A DNA stretch of 64,000 nucleotides from Styela clava (taxonomy: Eukaryota), in assembly GCF_964204865.1 (NCBI RefSeq), contig NC_135263.1, positions 12,958,001-13,022,000 of the forward strand. The letters run 5' to 3'. The notes below the pieces were generated by a model that saw nothing but the letters and a program-made list of their open reading frames with translations, did not search any database and was not told the origin of the DNA. Below, in pieces: positions 28,848 to 41,508 of this stretch. Positions within the stretch are counted from its first letter, which is position 1, and each line of letters starts with the position of its first letter. The position numbers and the translations under genes are program-made.

Positions 28848-30741
28848 ATGTCTTACCAATACCGAAGCATATCTGTATTGCTCACATTCGGCTTCTTCAG
28901 TTTTTGGATTGCTTCGTGTATAGCTATCGGTGTCGGACCGGTAAGAAAAGATTTAAAATTATTGGTAGAAATCCTAAATGCTATGAATTAACGACATTTA
29001 GTAATAACAGATATCTTGGTTTAGAATTTCTTGATTTTTGAAAATTTTGAGTGGCTACTCCAACGTAGAATAATTCGAACGAATATTCAGTCTAACTCTG
29101 AAATACTGAAGAAAAAAAGCGATTCCTTCTTGAATATAAGTAGTAAATACAAATACAGAATAATGTATGTGATTAATGATACTAATATAGGCCTAAATTC
29201 CGGTCAAAGCTATTCTTTCAACTAGCTAAGTATTGACTTATAGTATATATATCATTAAACAACCTGTCCGTTTTGTAAAAAAAAACACCCATAGATGAAT
29301 TCACGAAGTGTTTGTGAATAGGGCTCTTTACCAGAAATTAACAAGAACTACTACATTCAGGGTTCTCCGTGTGGAATACCATTTGGTTCCAGTCGTTATA
29401 TGGCAAGAGAAGGTCAATTTGGTTGTTATAAATGTGATGCAAATGAATATTGGAATCGGAGAATTAAATCATGTGCGCCTTGTACAGGGTTTCTCACCAA
29501 CACCAGAGCTAACGTTAGATCATCATGCAAAGACAGAAGGTTGGTGCATTGTTATTCTGATTGTGGAAATATTTAATACTTTCAAGGTGTTGCCGGACAA
29601 AATTAATAGAGGCTTAATCAAATGGCGATTGTGATATAATCATTCCTACTCCTAACAGCATTATATAAGACAAAGACTCAATTTCTCATGAAAGACTTGA
29701 AATATAGTTTGTATACCGTTTAGTGTTCTGGTTTATTTATATGCTGGCTTTTCTCTATTGGTGTTTGTTTCGAATCAGTGATTTCTGTCGAGTTGAGGCG
29801 GTTTGATCAAGTTTTGGTGAGATAGAACCTAGTGTCTACGACAGCAATTTTTAAATAGCGTTGTTTTCTGGGCATTTACACAGAATTCCAGTAACCACGA
29901 CAGCAACAACAACAAATCCGACAGCTTCACACGTTTCTAATTCTACTTACTTAGACGAAACAAAAATTTTGATAGCTTCACATGCAAACGCTTCTACACA
30001 AGTGACAAATATAAATGCCTTAAAAAATGATACAAGCACAGTTTTGATGCCAAGAAAGCTCGAAGGAACACAAGGTATTTTAAGACATATATCAGGTAAT
30101 ATTATGCGACTTTCTACAGATATTTTCTTGTATTTATACTTATTCAATGAGACGAGGACAACATTTATAGCTGATAATTAATATGATTTCAAGAAAAAAA
30201 TATACACAATTAAAATAAATAAGAAAAAAATAATAAATAGCATACAAATTTTGACACCTCAAACAAAATACTTGTTATAAATTTGGTTTTATTTATGCAA
30301 ATGAATTTCATTAGTTATGAGTATTGGGGATAAATAATGGATGTTAAGCAAACAAAATTGCCTTTTACATTCCATACTTCCATATATGTATTTAAATGTC
30401 TGTATCAGTATTTCATCTATCGAGTCGTGTATGACCTAACAATAATGAGTGTAAGACCTTCCTTAGCAAATATTTGATATTGTTCATTAGTAAACAATCA
30501 TGTAACACCACTGCTAAAAAAATGCCGTTAAAAAGAAATATAAAATTATCACTCAATGGTAACATTTTTTCAATCAGATAAGATTTCATTACTCAAAGGG
30601 AAAAAACTTAGAAAAAGCAAACGCCGAAATAAAAGAAAACGCACCAAAGGAAAAGCGGAAAAGAAGAAAAAGCTAAACAGAATAAGAAAAAAAAGAAAAG
30701 GAAATAAAAAGAAAAATCTCAAAATAAAGAAAATCTCATAA
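28848..30741 (+). CDS. CRD-family gene A1: secreted protein (signal peptide, one TNFR-like CRD, Thr/Ser-rich stalk, polybasic C-terminal tail); exons 28848-28940, 29361-29539, 29884-30074, 30578-30741; 208 aa
   Basis: GT-AG introns with phases 0,2,1 give one frame: MSYQYRSISVLLTFGFFSFWIASCIAIGVGP / GSPCGIPFGSSRYMAREGQFGCYKCDANEYWNRRIKSCAPCTGFLTNTRANVRSSCKDRR / IPVTTTATTTNPT.. / DKISLLKGKKLRKSKRRNKRKR..KKIS* (31 of 54 residues K/R). No TM segment. Confidence 0.72.
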
Positions 30742-31619
30742 TATGAAAATATAGTCGAATTCATACAATTATTTGTACATTGCAGTGGGAATATTACGTT
30801 TTAGAAACTGTACTTTCTGCATTAAAAACTTGTCATTTTTTTCTTATTGTGCTTTTCAAGATGGCCTATTTTAAAAAACCGGTTGTATTATGTAACATTT
30901 CAAAAATTATTACAATATGTATTGTACAATCGGGCTTGTTATCATACAAAAACTAACACAATTTGCATCCGCCAATATGCATAAACCTAATGTAATTTAT
31001 GGCATTAAATTTAATAAAATAAGTAATCTGGAGGGTTGGAAACACAATAAATATGTCTTCTACGATGTGTCTATACAGCCAGTCGAAATGCTGTATAAAC
31101 AATATATATGTATATTGGAATGGATTGGAGATAATTTTGTTGTACACCGTTTGTATTGTGAATGTTCAACTAACAAACACTTAGTATCCACAGCTTATAT
31201 TTTCAAAACACTTCTACGATTTGTGTGATCTTTATTTCAAGCTGAAATTTTATTTGACAATTGTTCAAGTGACAACGTTATTTACGAAACGTTGAATACA
31301 TGTTTGTTTGTTAAATATCTTTTTCGTGCTGTTTGACGCTCAAGCAACCAGGCAAGGCGAAGCCTACCCAGGTACTCAATTGTATGTATATTAACATTTT
31401 CATTGTTAAATTTTGCCTATTGTTCATAATATATGTCAAAACATAGCAAAAATCAGGAATGACTTTTCTCACTATTGACGTAAAAAGACAGTAAGATAAA
31501 TCCAACAAAAACCAATTTCAACCTGTTGAAACTTGCGTAAACATGCCGGCCGGCTTGCGCAATATCGTGTAACGTGTTTACTAGTTCGTGACTAAAGGTT
31601 TTTTGCTTTAAAATACATG

Positions 31620-31629
31620 GGGAATTCCC
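31620..31629. promoter_or_regulatory. Perfect palindromic NF-kB (Rel) consensus site GGGAATTCCC, ~120 bp upstream of the gene A2 start
   Basis: Exact match to GGGRNWYYCC at a promoter-proximal position. Function is inferred. Confidence 0.45.
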
Positions 31630-31740
31630 TGAGGCTATCAAAGTTGAATGGGGAGCAGAATAAGGCTGATCTTTCTTTTTTGTGGAGGTTCGAGACGGGC
31701 TGTATATGAATAATTCTTTATCCCATTGCAAGCAATTTCA

Positions 31741-34209
31741 ATGTTATATAATGTGCGATGTTGTTCGATATTGCTTCTAGCAATTCAGTATGGTGTTTTA
31801 GGATTGATGACAGCAAATTCTTATGTAGTAAGTAACTGAACTATTTTTTTCATATATATTGTAAAAAATTTGAATCGTTTGTTTGATAGGGTTTAACTTA
31901 GGTAAAAACTGATTCTCAATTGTTTACAGGTTTTGACTAACATTACTAACAAACAAAGATTACTTATGGCTCGTGGTATGAGCATTTGAGTGTGGAGTAT
32001 ACAATATACATACACTCATATTCTCCTCTCGTGCTTAGTAAATCGATAAGAAAATGTGGAAATAAATATTACTCATAAACTGGTGATCGGTAGAACTAAA
32101 CATTTACAGACTGTTTCAACTCAGAATATTTTTTTGCATAATTTAACCATTATTGCAAGCCAGCCATTTTAAAATAAGCTATTGAATGTTTTTGACTAAA
32201 TGTGGATTTTATCAATAGAATATCAAAACCTCGATTTGTCACGTACGTTAGATGCAATTTAATTTCGGAATCGTTTTAATTAGATTAATTCTAAATATCC
32301 ATGGTAGTTCGTTTAGTTTGCACAAAAGTGACCAAGCAAGCGATAGTCAATATATTTTTTGTGAACCTTGTAGGGAATGCGATGTTCTTCAAGACAAATT
32401 TACATGTTGAAAGACAGCCAGTTGGTTTGTGACGACTGTGGGGTGAATGAGTATTGGTCAACACGAACAAAAACCTGTTCTTTGTGCACAAGCCCTCGAT
32501 ACACAAACTTAAAGAGGAATATCCGATCCTCTTGCAAAGATCATGTGTGAGTTGCGTTTTTTAGATTTATTAAAATTTTCAGAATATGTTTGAAAAGATG
32601 TACACTATATCGCATTAAAAATCCTATAGTAAATTATATTAAAAAAATATATATATGATTTTCTATAGCAACCCCAATTCGCGTAATATAATTTACTATA
32701 TATACTACATTTGAAAAAAGTGTATTTAATTTATCACCATCTTTCTGTAAGCAGGTATAGGAACTTGAGTTTACCAAGATAAAACAACTAAGCAACTGCT
32801 TATGTATACTTGGGTAGTGCAAACGGAATAAGTTGAGTGAAAATAACATTGAACAAAACTAATTGAACATATCAATTCAATATTCAGAAAGTCTAAAATC
32901 GTTCCAACATCTTTTGATCAGATATCGACGCAAGAAACTGAAAATTCGTACGTGGTAAGTAATTGGACAATAATGCTATAGAGTCTGAGTCCAGATCTAT
33001 TAGATTTGAGATGCTTGAAGAATAATAATTAGAAACTATAGTGTCCTATCTAGCTTCAGCCATAACCATCTTGTTTAAAGTCTCACGTAAGCCGCCATGT
33101 AGAACCCACTGTTTCTGTAACAAAGATGGATGGACCTATATTTAGTTATAGGACCTTACTTGCGCGGGTATTTGAAATACTATTCTATAGAAGTCAACTA
33201 TTCTAGCATTACTATAATTATATTGATGTTCGTATAGAAAGTTTAGCTGATGGTGTCAGCGGTGAAAGTTCATCAATTTCACGTCTTTAATATCACAGGG
33301 AACACCGTGTGCCCCACGACGACTTTACATGATAAAAAATAACCAATTGGTTTGCGACAACTGTGGAGTCAATGAATACTGGTCACGACAAACAAAAACC
33401 TGTTCCTTGTGCACAAGCCCTCGATATACAAACTTAATGAGAAATATCCGATCATCTTGCAAAGACCATATGTGAGTCGTTTTTATTTTAAGAATTTTTT
33501 CAAATCTTAGTTTGAATAGGATTATGTTTCGTTGAGAAATTGCTCAAATCAAATCGATTTTCAGAAAACCAAAAACTGTTCCAATGCCTACTTACACGAA
33601 GATCAGTACAACTCAAGGACCTAATGATTCGACCGCAATGAACCCTGTTTTTTCCAGTGAGTTATTCATTTATCGATGTACATAATATATTTACTTTCCG
33701 ATAAAAAGTATCTGTTCTAATAGTCTTTATCAAATCACAACATAAAAATAGACGTGAAGAATAATGAGATAAATTCTTAAACGATTTGCTAATGAGAGTA
33801 CACTAAATATATTTGAAATAAATCAAGGTATTCATAGCGTATCTATCTAGATTAATTGAAATCTAAATTTTACTCTTTAGCCTCAACACGGACACTTACG
33901 AGAAGTACAGATAACAGAAATCCAACTACAGGATATCGGCCCACAACTACTCAAGTGTTCACAAAACCAATAAACATTGTTACAGATACAGTTTTAAACC
34001 CAACTCGAGAGACAAACATAGTGACTGAAAAGACTGTTAATTTGACAATATTCTACTTAAGCATGGGGGTTTCATTTTTAGTTGTTATGGCAATATCCTT
34101 GATAGCTATTTTTTTCATCAAGCTTTGCATATCAAAACAACGACAAAACAATCCAAGACGAGTAAGTCAGAGTGTACCTCGCGTTACTTTGAACACCACG
34201 TCTATATGA
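31741..34209 (+). CDS. CRD-family gene A2: type I membrane receptor-like protein with two CRDs; exons 31741-31827, 32374-32546, 32888-32954, 33299-33471, 33565-33656, 33881-34209 (alternative donor after 34161); ~306 aa
   Basis: Signal MLYNVRCCSILLLAIQYGVLG; CRD1 CDDCGVNEYWSTRTKTCSLCTSPRYTNLKRNIRSSCKDH; CRD2 CDNCGVNEYWSRQTKTCSLCTSPRYTNLMRNIRSSCKDH; Thr-rich stalk; TM IFYLSMGVSFLVVMAISLIAIFFI; short basic tail. Phases 0,2,0,2,1 are all consistent. Confidence 0.8.
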
Positions 34210-35389
34210 TAAAACTTTAAGAATAGAAATATTACACCAATCACACAATGTTTATGGCTGCCACTTTGAGAGTTTGATAAAACCATTTTATCAGGTTTAA
34301 AATCATATCAATTGACCGATAACTGGTTTGAAGTTTAACGCCCGAGTCATCTTCGTGTAATTATATGTTTTCAAGCTTTAACGTCCGAACTCAACAATTT
34401 GCGTATATATCCTTTTTTTAAGCATTAACGCCCAAATTCTTCGAATTAGTGTCTTATTATAACTTATAACACCGAGCCCGTTGGATCATTTTGTTGCTGG
34501 TAATGTGATTGTATGGGGGGCAATGGACTCTGATGTCCCCAAAAGGTCATATCGTTGCCTCCCAGTCATGCACCAAAGCATCTGTCTATTTTTTGTTTAT
34601 ATGTGCTTGCATATATAGTGTGTTTTGTGGTTTGACGAATGGAATAAACTCTCTCTCTCTCACTATGTGAATGTTATAACGTTTATAATATGGGACTACA
34701 TGAGTTGCCTGTATTATTAAAAGTGATGGCAATTTTGAGTGTCTTGTCTTCAAAAGATAGTAATGTGGAAAGATCGCTCTGAAGTGAAATCAAATTCAAG
34801 ATTTTAATTATATATACGTAAGGTTAAAGGACGACGGTTATTTGCGACAGCAATTTTGATGACTTGTGTGGTACAAATGTACATAAAGCGCACTTACCAT
34901 TTAATATAAACCTCTGATAAGTCAAAATTAAGAGTTTCGAACGCTTTGATAATCATGAGCAAATTCTCAAGATGTCATTCCCGTCCCTTATCTGACTACC
35001 TCATTCAAATATTTCGTTATAGTGGCGTATAATGCCCGACAAAATGTACAGTCGTTCAAAACGCGCAATCTCGCGCGCCGGTGCGTATAAAAAATCTGAT
35101 TTTCACAATCCATTCGCGTTGCAACTCGTCGCGTAATGTTGCGTCACTTACGCCGCCGTACCCACGGTCTTCCTCTAGAACTTTCGGATTTCGCAACAAC
35201 CGTGTATAAAGGCGTAATGTTCTCCAGCACGCGCTCAATATTGCTTCGTATCTTTCCACGTTTGTATTGTGCCGGCTGTCACGTAAAAATTCAAGTAATT
35301 ATTTCTATTTGATTTATTTTGGTCATAATCATGATATTAGAATATTTTAAAGAAAATATTATTCGAATTTAGTGAAGGTATGCGAGTTA

Positions 35390-35874
35390 TGTAGAATTGA
35401 ACGCCTGCGCAACGCGATATTATATAGTTAGCGAGTTGCTTGTTGAAAAGAAACTTCACTGCTTCAAGAAACGTCCGCAGAAATCCATGCCAGGTGGCAT
35501 TAGTTAAAAACAGAGGTGCGCAACATTATTTGTCGGTGGGCCATATAACCAACTTCTGACATCTAGCTGGGCGCACAAAGAAATTAGTTTTTCCATGTAC
35601 ACAAGGAATTAAAAAATTCCCACAATGCAAAATTTTATTTATTTGATATTTTAGTGGGACACTTGGATTTTCGAGTTTTTACATACTTTGTTAACATCAG
35701 CTTCGACAGCAGTTAGAATTTTATACTTGATGTGTGACAAGGGCTGCACTAAATGGCTTGGCCGCGTTGTGACTCGTGGACTGCCTGTAAAGACCCCTGA
35801 TCTCTCCTGCGTACAATAAACGTGTACTGAAGTCGGGTAGTAAACATCATCATTTTGGACACCAGATTATCACA
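35390..35874 (+). mobile_element. Putative solo LTR (second copy at 45248-45732)
   Basis: TGT...ACA ends, an internal TATA-like motif and AATAAA; homology to the ~53965 paralogous flank resumes right after the ACA end. The TSD is imperfect (gtta/gttt). Confidence 0.3.
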
Positions 35875-36772
35875 GTTTCGACTGTATTTCAATTATTAAG
35901 TTAGCGTTCGGGAGAATAGGCTTTACGCTATACAGCCTCATGTTGCGCCACGGCTTCGTCCTTTGTATTGAAAATACAGTCACCTCTCAAAACCAAGTCT
36001 ATTTGAATATAGGAGCAAATTTAATTCAGGAAATAATCCAAAACTTTCATACATTAAGATAAGAAAGACAATGTAGTAGTCTGTAGCAACATACAGGCAG
36101 TGAAGTAGTATATGTATGTATAGAGGAAGGACATGAAATTAGAAGATCAGAAGTAACTTTTTTTAAATGACGAAAAATTATTTTTATAATTATTTCCTAA
36201 CTTTTTCATATGAAATTTGCCAAAGAAAAAACAATTAGTTAGTTAGTGATATTAGAATTGGAACATAGAATAGATATTAGAATTGATATTAGAACTAAAC
36301 AAAAATATCAAATTAAGCGACTTCTTACAGATGTTTTTCTTGCTTCTTTATCTAGTTATTGTGATGAACCCAACACCTATATCCGATAATTTATATGGTT
36401 TCAGACAAATAGTCATACAACTAAAATTTATCAATAAAAAAAATGATAATAACCATACAAATTTTGACACTTCAACTAACATACTTTGGTTTCATTAGGT
36501 CAAGTGAATCTTATTGAGTAAGAGTACAGGGGATATATGATAGATGTTAAGCAAACAAAATTGCCATTTAAATTCCATATATGTATTTAAATGTCTGTAT
36601 CAGTATTTTATCTTTCAAGTCGTGTATGACTTAACAATAATGAGTGTAAGACCCTCTTTTAGCAAATATTTGATAATGTTCATTAGGAAACAATCATGTA
36701 ACACCGCCGCTAAAAAATGCCGTTAAAAAGGAATATAAAAGTATCACTCAATGGTAACATTTTTTCAATCAC

Positions 36773-36939
36773 ATTCGATTTCATTACTCAAAAGAGAAAA
36801 ACGTAGAAAAGGCAAACGCCGAAATAAAAGAAAACGGTTGCGCACCAAAGAAAAAGCGGAAAAGAAGCAAAAACTCAACAGAATAAGAAAAAGAAATAAA
36901 AAAAGAAAAACTCAAGATAAAGAAAAACTCCTAATATGA
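36773..36939 (+). pseudogene. Orphan copy of the A1 polybasic terminal exon (acceptor AG changed to AC)
   Basis: Homologous to 30578-30741 inside a duplicate of 30230-31560. No phase-compatible upstream exon in this unit; reads caatcAC instead of caatcAG. Confidence 0.65.
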
Positions 36940-37076
36940 AAATATAGGCTAATTAATACAATTATTTGTACATTGCAGTGGGGATATTAAGTTTTAGAAA
37001 CTGTAGCTACTTTCTGCATTAAAAAGTTGTCATTTTTTTCTTATATATTGTGTTTTTTAAGATGGCCTATTTAAAA

Positions 37077-39860
37077 ACAAGAGAGCAATGATCATATATG
37101 GAAATATATGGACACGCAGAACAATTCCCCAAAAATCATATGCGGTGACCAACGACTAACATACCGGCGGTGACTTACCAGTACCTGTATCGGGGTACCG
37201 TGACGGTACAGGGACTGTCATAGATATTTTAGGTCCTGTGACAATTGAAACATCAGTTGAAATATCTCGTGATATGAGTCAATTATGTACCGTATTATCG
37301 GATCAGGTACCGAACCACAGTCAAACATTTCACATAAAAACGTTACTAAATAACATGCGTCAACTTAACACCAGCCGAATCGAGGTACAATTTTTGGTAC
37401 AGTGACTGTCATAGCCGTTTAGGGCTGATGAACAATTCGACTACACGGACAACTCACCAGGCCTAGGGTGGTGTAGCCCGTCTGCGGACAATTTCATTCA
37501 AACCGCTATAAAACAAAAACCAATATATCTAACCCGTTAATTTTTTCACCGTGGGTGCATTGGCGGCATTTATTCTACACGCTAAACCTCGTATTAACTT
37601 TCTACGACAAAGGGTTAAAGCTATACAAATCCCCAAAGTACGGCACTCGAAAGACGTATTTGCGACCGAACGACCAGTGTGCGACCACGGATTTCAAGCC
37701 TTGATCATCGTTTCTGCTGCGTCGAGACTATCGCATACGCAGCCATACAGCAATCAAACAGACAAAACACGGTGGTCGCAAATTGGTTGACAAAGATATT
37801 ATCGACGTATTAGGATAGGATTTACATATTTATCCCGGGGGAGAGAAGTAACTATCAAAGATGGTTAACAAAACTCTACCCACCTGCCAAGTTTCATCTT
37901 TTTATCTCTTATATTTGTATGGATTTTCAAGCTTTTGACAGCTACGAGTTAGTTCAGTGTCACCGCTTTCTGACCGTCATATATTTCAAGAACACGGTTA
38001 TTTCGAACAAAACTCGTTAAATTATAAACAAAGCACCACATCACAGCAATCAAACAGACGAAAACACGGTGGTCGCAAATTGGTTGACAAAGATATTATC
38101 GACGTATCGGAAATGCACACCCCCTATTCCCCCTCCTTCATATGTAGAAACGCGAAACCTTCAAATAAGGTTAAAAGAAACACAACTCTACCCACCTGCC
38201 AAGTTTCATCTTTTTATTTCTCATATTTGTATGGATTTTCAAGCTTTTGACAGCTACGAGTTAGTTCAGTGTCACCGCGCTGTGTTACGGTACCAGAACT
38301 TCTCTATCTTTAGAAGGTCCTGTCTTGTGACAGCGTGAATTGAAATTGCAAGATGGTCCGTTGGACACAAAATGGCGTCCTATATCCGAGAACGTTTAGT
38401 GACGTCATAGCAAACAAAAACAAATCTTACAGAGCTAACAGAAATATTTGAAATAAATAAAAGTAATAGCCTTCTGGAGAAAAATTTCATCTTCAACCAC
38501 TGAAAATTTCAAAGCAATTAGTCCAGTAATCAAAGAGAAAAGCGACTTTTTAAAAACGTGTCAAAGAACAAGAATAAGAACAAGAACAAGAGAGCTATGC
38601 TCAAATATATGGACACGTAGAGTCACATAATTTTGATGACGTCATAGCAAAAAAAAAAGTAATAGCCTTCTGGAGAAAATTTTTATCTTTAACCACTAAA
38701 AATTTCAAAGCAATTGGTCCAGTATTCGAAGAGAAAAGCGACTTTTTAAAAACGTGTCAAGCGGTACTGAGTTAGCAGTCAGGCAGCATCTTACCTGTAC
38801 ACTGTAGGCCATATACGGTAATTGATCACAGAACAGTTGTTCCCTTGCAAATTTTATGTTGTTTACACTTTAGGACAGATAATTGATCACAGAACAATTC
38901 TTCCCTTTCAAATTTTATGTTGTTTCCAGTAGACTCTCATCAAAATAAACAAATATAGTAGGCTACAAGTGCTACAACGCTTGCATTACTGCACTGGTAG
39001 GACCGTGAAAGAATAAGTTACGGTAATTTCATTGTGGTAAGACACCGGTACCGGCACCAGTACCAGTATCGTACTTACGTACTGAGCTACCAGTACCGGT
39101 TAGCAGTCAGCCAGCATCTTACCTGTACACTGTAGGCCATATACGGTAATTGATCACAGAACAGTTGTTCCCTTGCAAATTTTATGTTGTTTACACTTTA
39201 GGACAGATAATTGATCACAGAACAATTCTTCCCTTTTAAATTTTATGTTGTTTTCAGTAGACTCTCATCAAAATAAACAAATATAGTAGGCTACAAGTGT
39301 TTCATTGTGGTAAGACACCGGTACCGGCACCAGTACCAGTATCGTACTTACGTACTGAGCTACCAGTACCGGTACCGAACCTGTAGGTCTGATATTCCGT
39401 TCCGCATACGATAGGCTATAAAACTTGCATTGCAGCATTAGTAATACCGCGGAAGGAATAAGTCAATTTCACTGCGTTACGGTACCGGTACCTACAGTAG
39501 CTGTAGTACTGAGCAAGACAATCGATCGCGAAACCGCTTGAAATAAGTGTAAAACAGTGTTCCCATGAGTAAAAATAAATACCGCGAAATTTTGTATGAA
39601 ATATCATATCTCATAGGATTCATATAAAATTTAAGAATAAACAAAAGTAATAGCCTTCTAGCGAAAAAATTAATCTTTAACCACTGAAAATTTCAAAGCA
39701 ATTGGTCCAGTATTCGAAGAGAAAAGCGACTTTTTAAAAACGTGTCAAAGAACAAGAACAAGAACAACAACATAATATTGAAACGATCGTTATGTCCACT
39801 ACGTGTCCAACAACAACAACATAATATTGAAACGATCGTTATGTCCACTACGTGTCCAAT
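37077..39860 (-). mobile_element. Helentron-type non-autonomous element (HINE) with internal ~296-bp tandem repeat; hosts a nested HINE
   Basis: Absent from the paralogous empty site near 30875. Subterminal IRs tggacacg(c/t)ag ... ctacgtgtcca, an (AAC/AAG)n microsatellite, insertion into an A run without a TSD, and repeat units at ~37748 and ~38044. Confidence 0.75.
38587..39810 (-). mobile_element. Nested HINE inserted into the (AAC)n microsatellite of the outer element
   Basis: caagagagctatgctc (gagc-tat-gctc hairpin)..tggacacgtag ... ctacgtgtccaa. Missing from the unit-2 copy, where the flanks join cleanly. Internal ~328-bp tandem repeat (38772, 39100). Confidence 0.8.
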
Positions 39861-41494
39861 AACAGGTGTATTGGGTAACATCTCAAAAGTTATCACATTA
39901 TGTATTGTACAATCAGGCTTGTTACCATACAGAAACTAACACAATTTGCATCCGCCAGTATGCATAAACCTAATGTAATTTATAGCATTGAATTTATCAA
40001 AATAAGTAATCTGGAGGTTTTGAACTACAATAAAGTCGTCTACAATGTGTCTATACAGGCAGACAACATGCCATATAAACAATATATATATTTGAATGAA
40101 TTAAACGGAATTTTGCTGTACACCGTTATATAGCTTGAGGGAGGTTTATATTCATTGGATTTCTAAAATTTTAACTTGGGAATGTTCAATTAACAAACAC
40201 TTAGTATCCTCAGCTTGTATTTTCAATACACTTCTACGATTTGTGTGCGATTTAAATAAGCTGAAATTATATTTGACAATTGCTCAAGTGACAACTTTTA
40301 TTTACGAAACGTCGAATACATGTTTTTCTTGAATATCTCGGACGAGGCTAAGCCTACACAGATACCGTAATGTATCAATCTTTACATTTTCATTGTTAAA
40401 CTTTTTTATTATTCATATTATATGTCAAAACAAGTAAAAAAAAATGCGTTGGAAAAGGACTCTTCTCACTATTGACGTACGAAGACAGTAACCCAAATCC
40501 GATTCCAGCCTGTTGAAACCGCCGGCTTGTGCAATGTAGCGCAACGTGATAACAGCACGAGTCACAGTGCGGGCTTCTGGAACTTTCGGAAAGTTTCACA
40601 CCGTCCCGTAGCTTTCAACTTTGGGTTGCGCTGGGTGTCAGGTAAAAATTCAGTATTTACATTCAGAGTATTTATAATTTAATTACTTTCATAGATTGAG
40701 ATATAATGAAAAGGGTAGTAGTCTGCAGCAACGTACAGGCAGTGACATAGTATATAAATGTGGACATAGAAGGACAAAAAATTATAATATCAGAAGTAAC
40801 TTTTTTTCTAATGGGATAATTTCAAAAGGACAAAAAATTATATTTTCTATTTTTACCATATGAAATTTGCCAAAGAAACGGTTATTTCGATGTAGTGTAA
40901 GTTCAAGTTGTCTGTTCTGTATAGTTCCCAAATACCTAAAATAAAATGTAGCCTATACATAGACAGCAAAGATGTATGAAATGTATATTTGGTCGGTATC
41001 TATATTGATATTAGAATTAGTTTAGAAATAACATAAATTTAGAATATAGAACACACACAAAATATTCCCAATTATATTGTTGTGCTATATATATATATAT
41101 TTTTTAGAGTCATAAAAATAGGAAATGATGCTAGGTAGCAATCAAGATCAAAGTATCCTTTATGTTATTCGACATATTATAGGTAACAAATATGTCTGGG
41201 TCAGCGATGACATGTTACTTCTTTGAGTTTTTTTTTCTCTAAATGAAGCAAAAATTTTTATAGAAATGAAAAAATTAGATAAAATAGGGATATATTTTAT
41301 GTAAATAGAAACTTTCCTTTTTTGTAAAATACGTAAAATTATAAAATAAAGAAAAGTGATATCACACATGAACCAGGAAATTGCTAACCAGAAACCGAAT
41401 TACACTTCATAATATTTTGTTTTATGTAGATCTTTCTCATGTCACCAGCAAACCCGACATCATAATATCCGTTTCCACACCAGAGGCGAGGAGA

Positions 41495-41508
41495 GGGGCG
41501 TGGCCAAT
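41495..41508 (+). promoter_or_regulatory. GC-box (Sp/KLF) plus CCAAT composite GGGGCGTGGCCAAT, conserved upstream of genes B, C (50086-50099) and D (55183-55196)
   Basis: Identical 14-mer in the diverged D upstream region. A promoter role is inferred. Confidence 0.4.

Noticed and set aside
31930-31975. Possible 46-bp exon VLTNITNKQRLLMAR in A2 intron 1
   Set aside because: It is phase 0 to phase 1, incompatible with the phase-0 CRD exon that follows.
35056-35259. ORF MERYEAILSACW... repeated at 44915-45118
   Set aside because: The repetition is explained by the segmental duplication; non-ATG start, no splice sites or domain.
37551-38338. 79-104 aa ORFs repeated at 47397-48184
   Set aside because: They lie inside HINE internal tandem repeats and show no Rep/helicase motifs.
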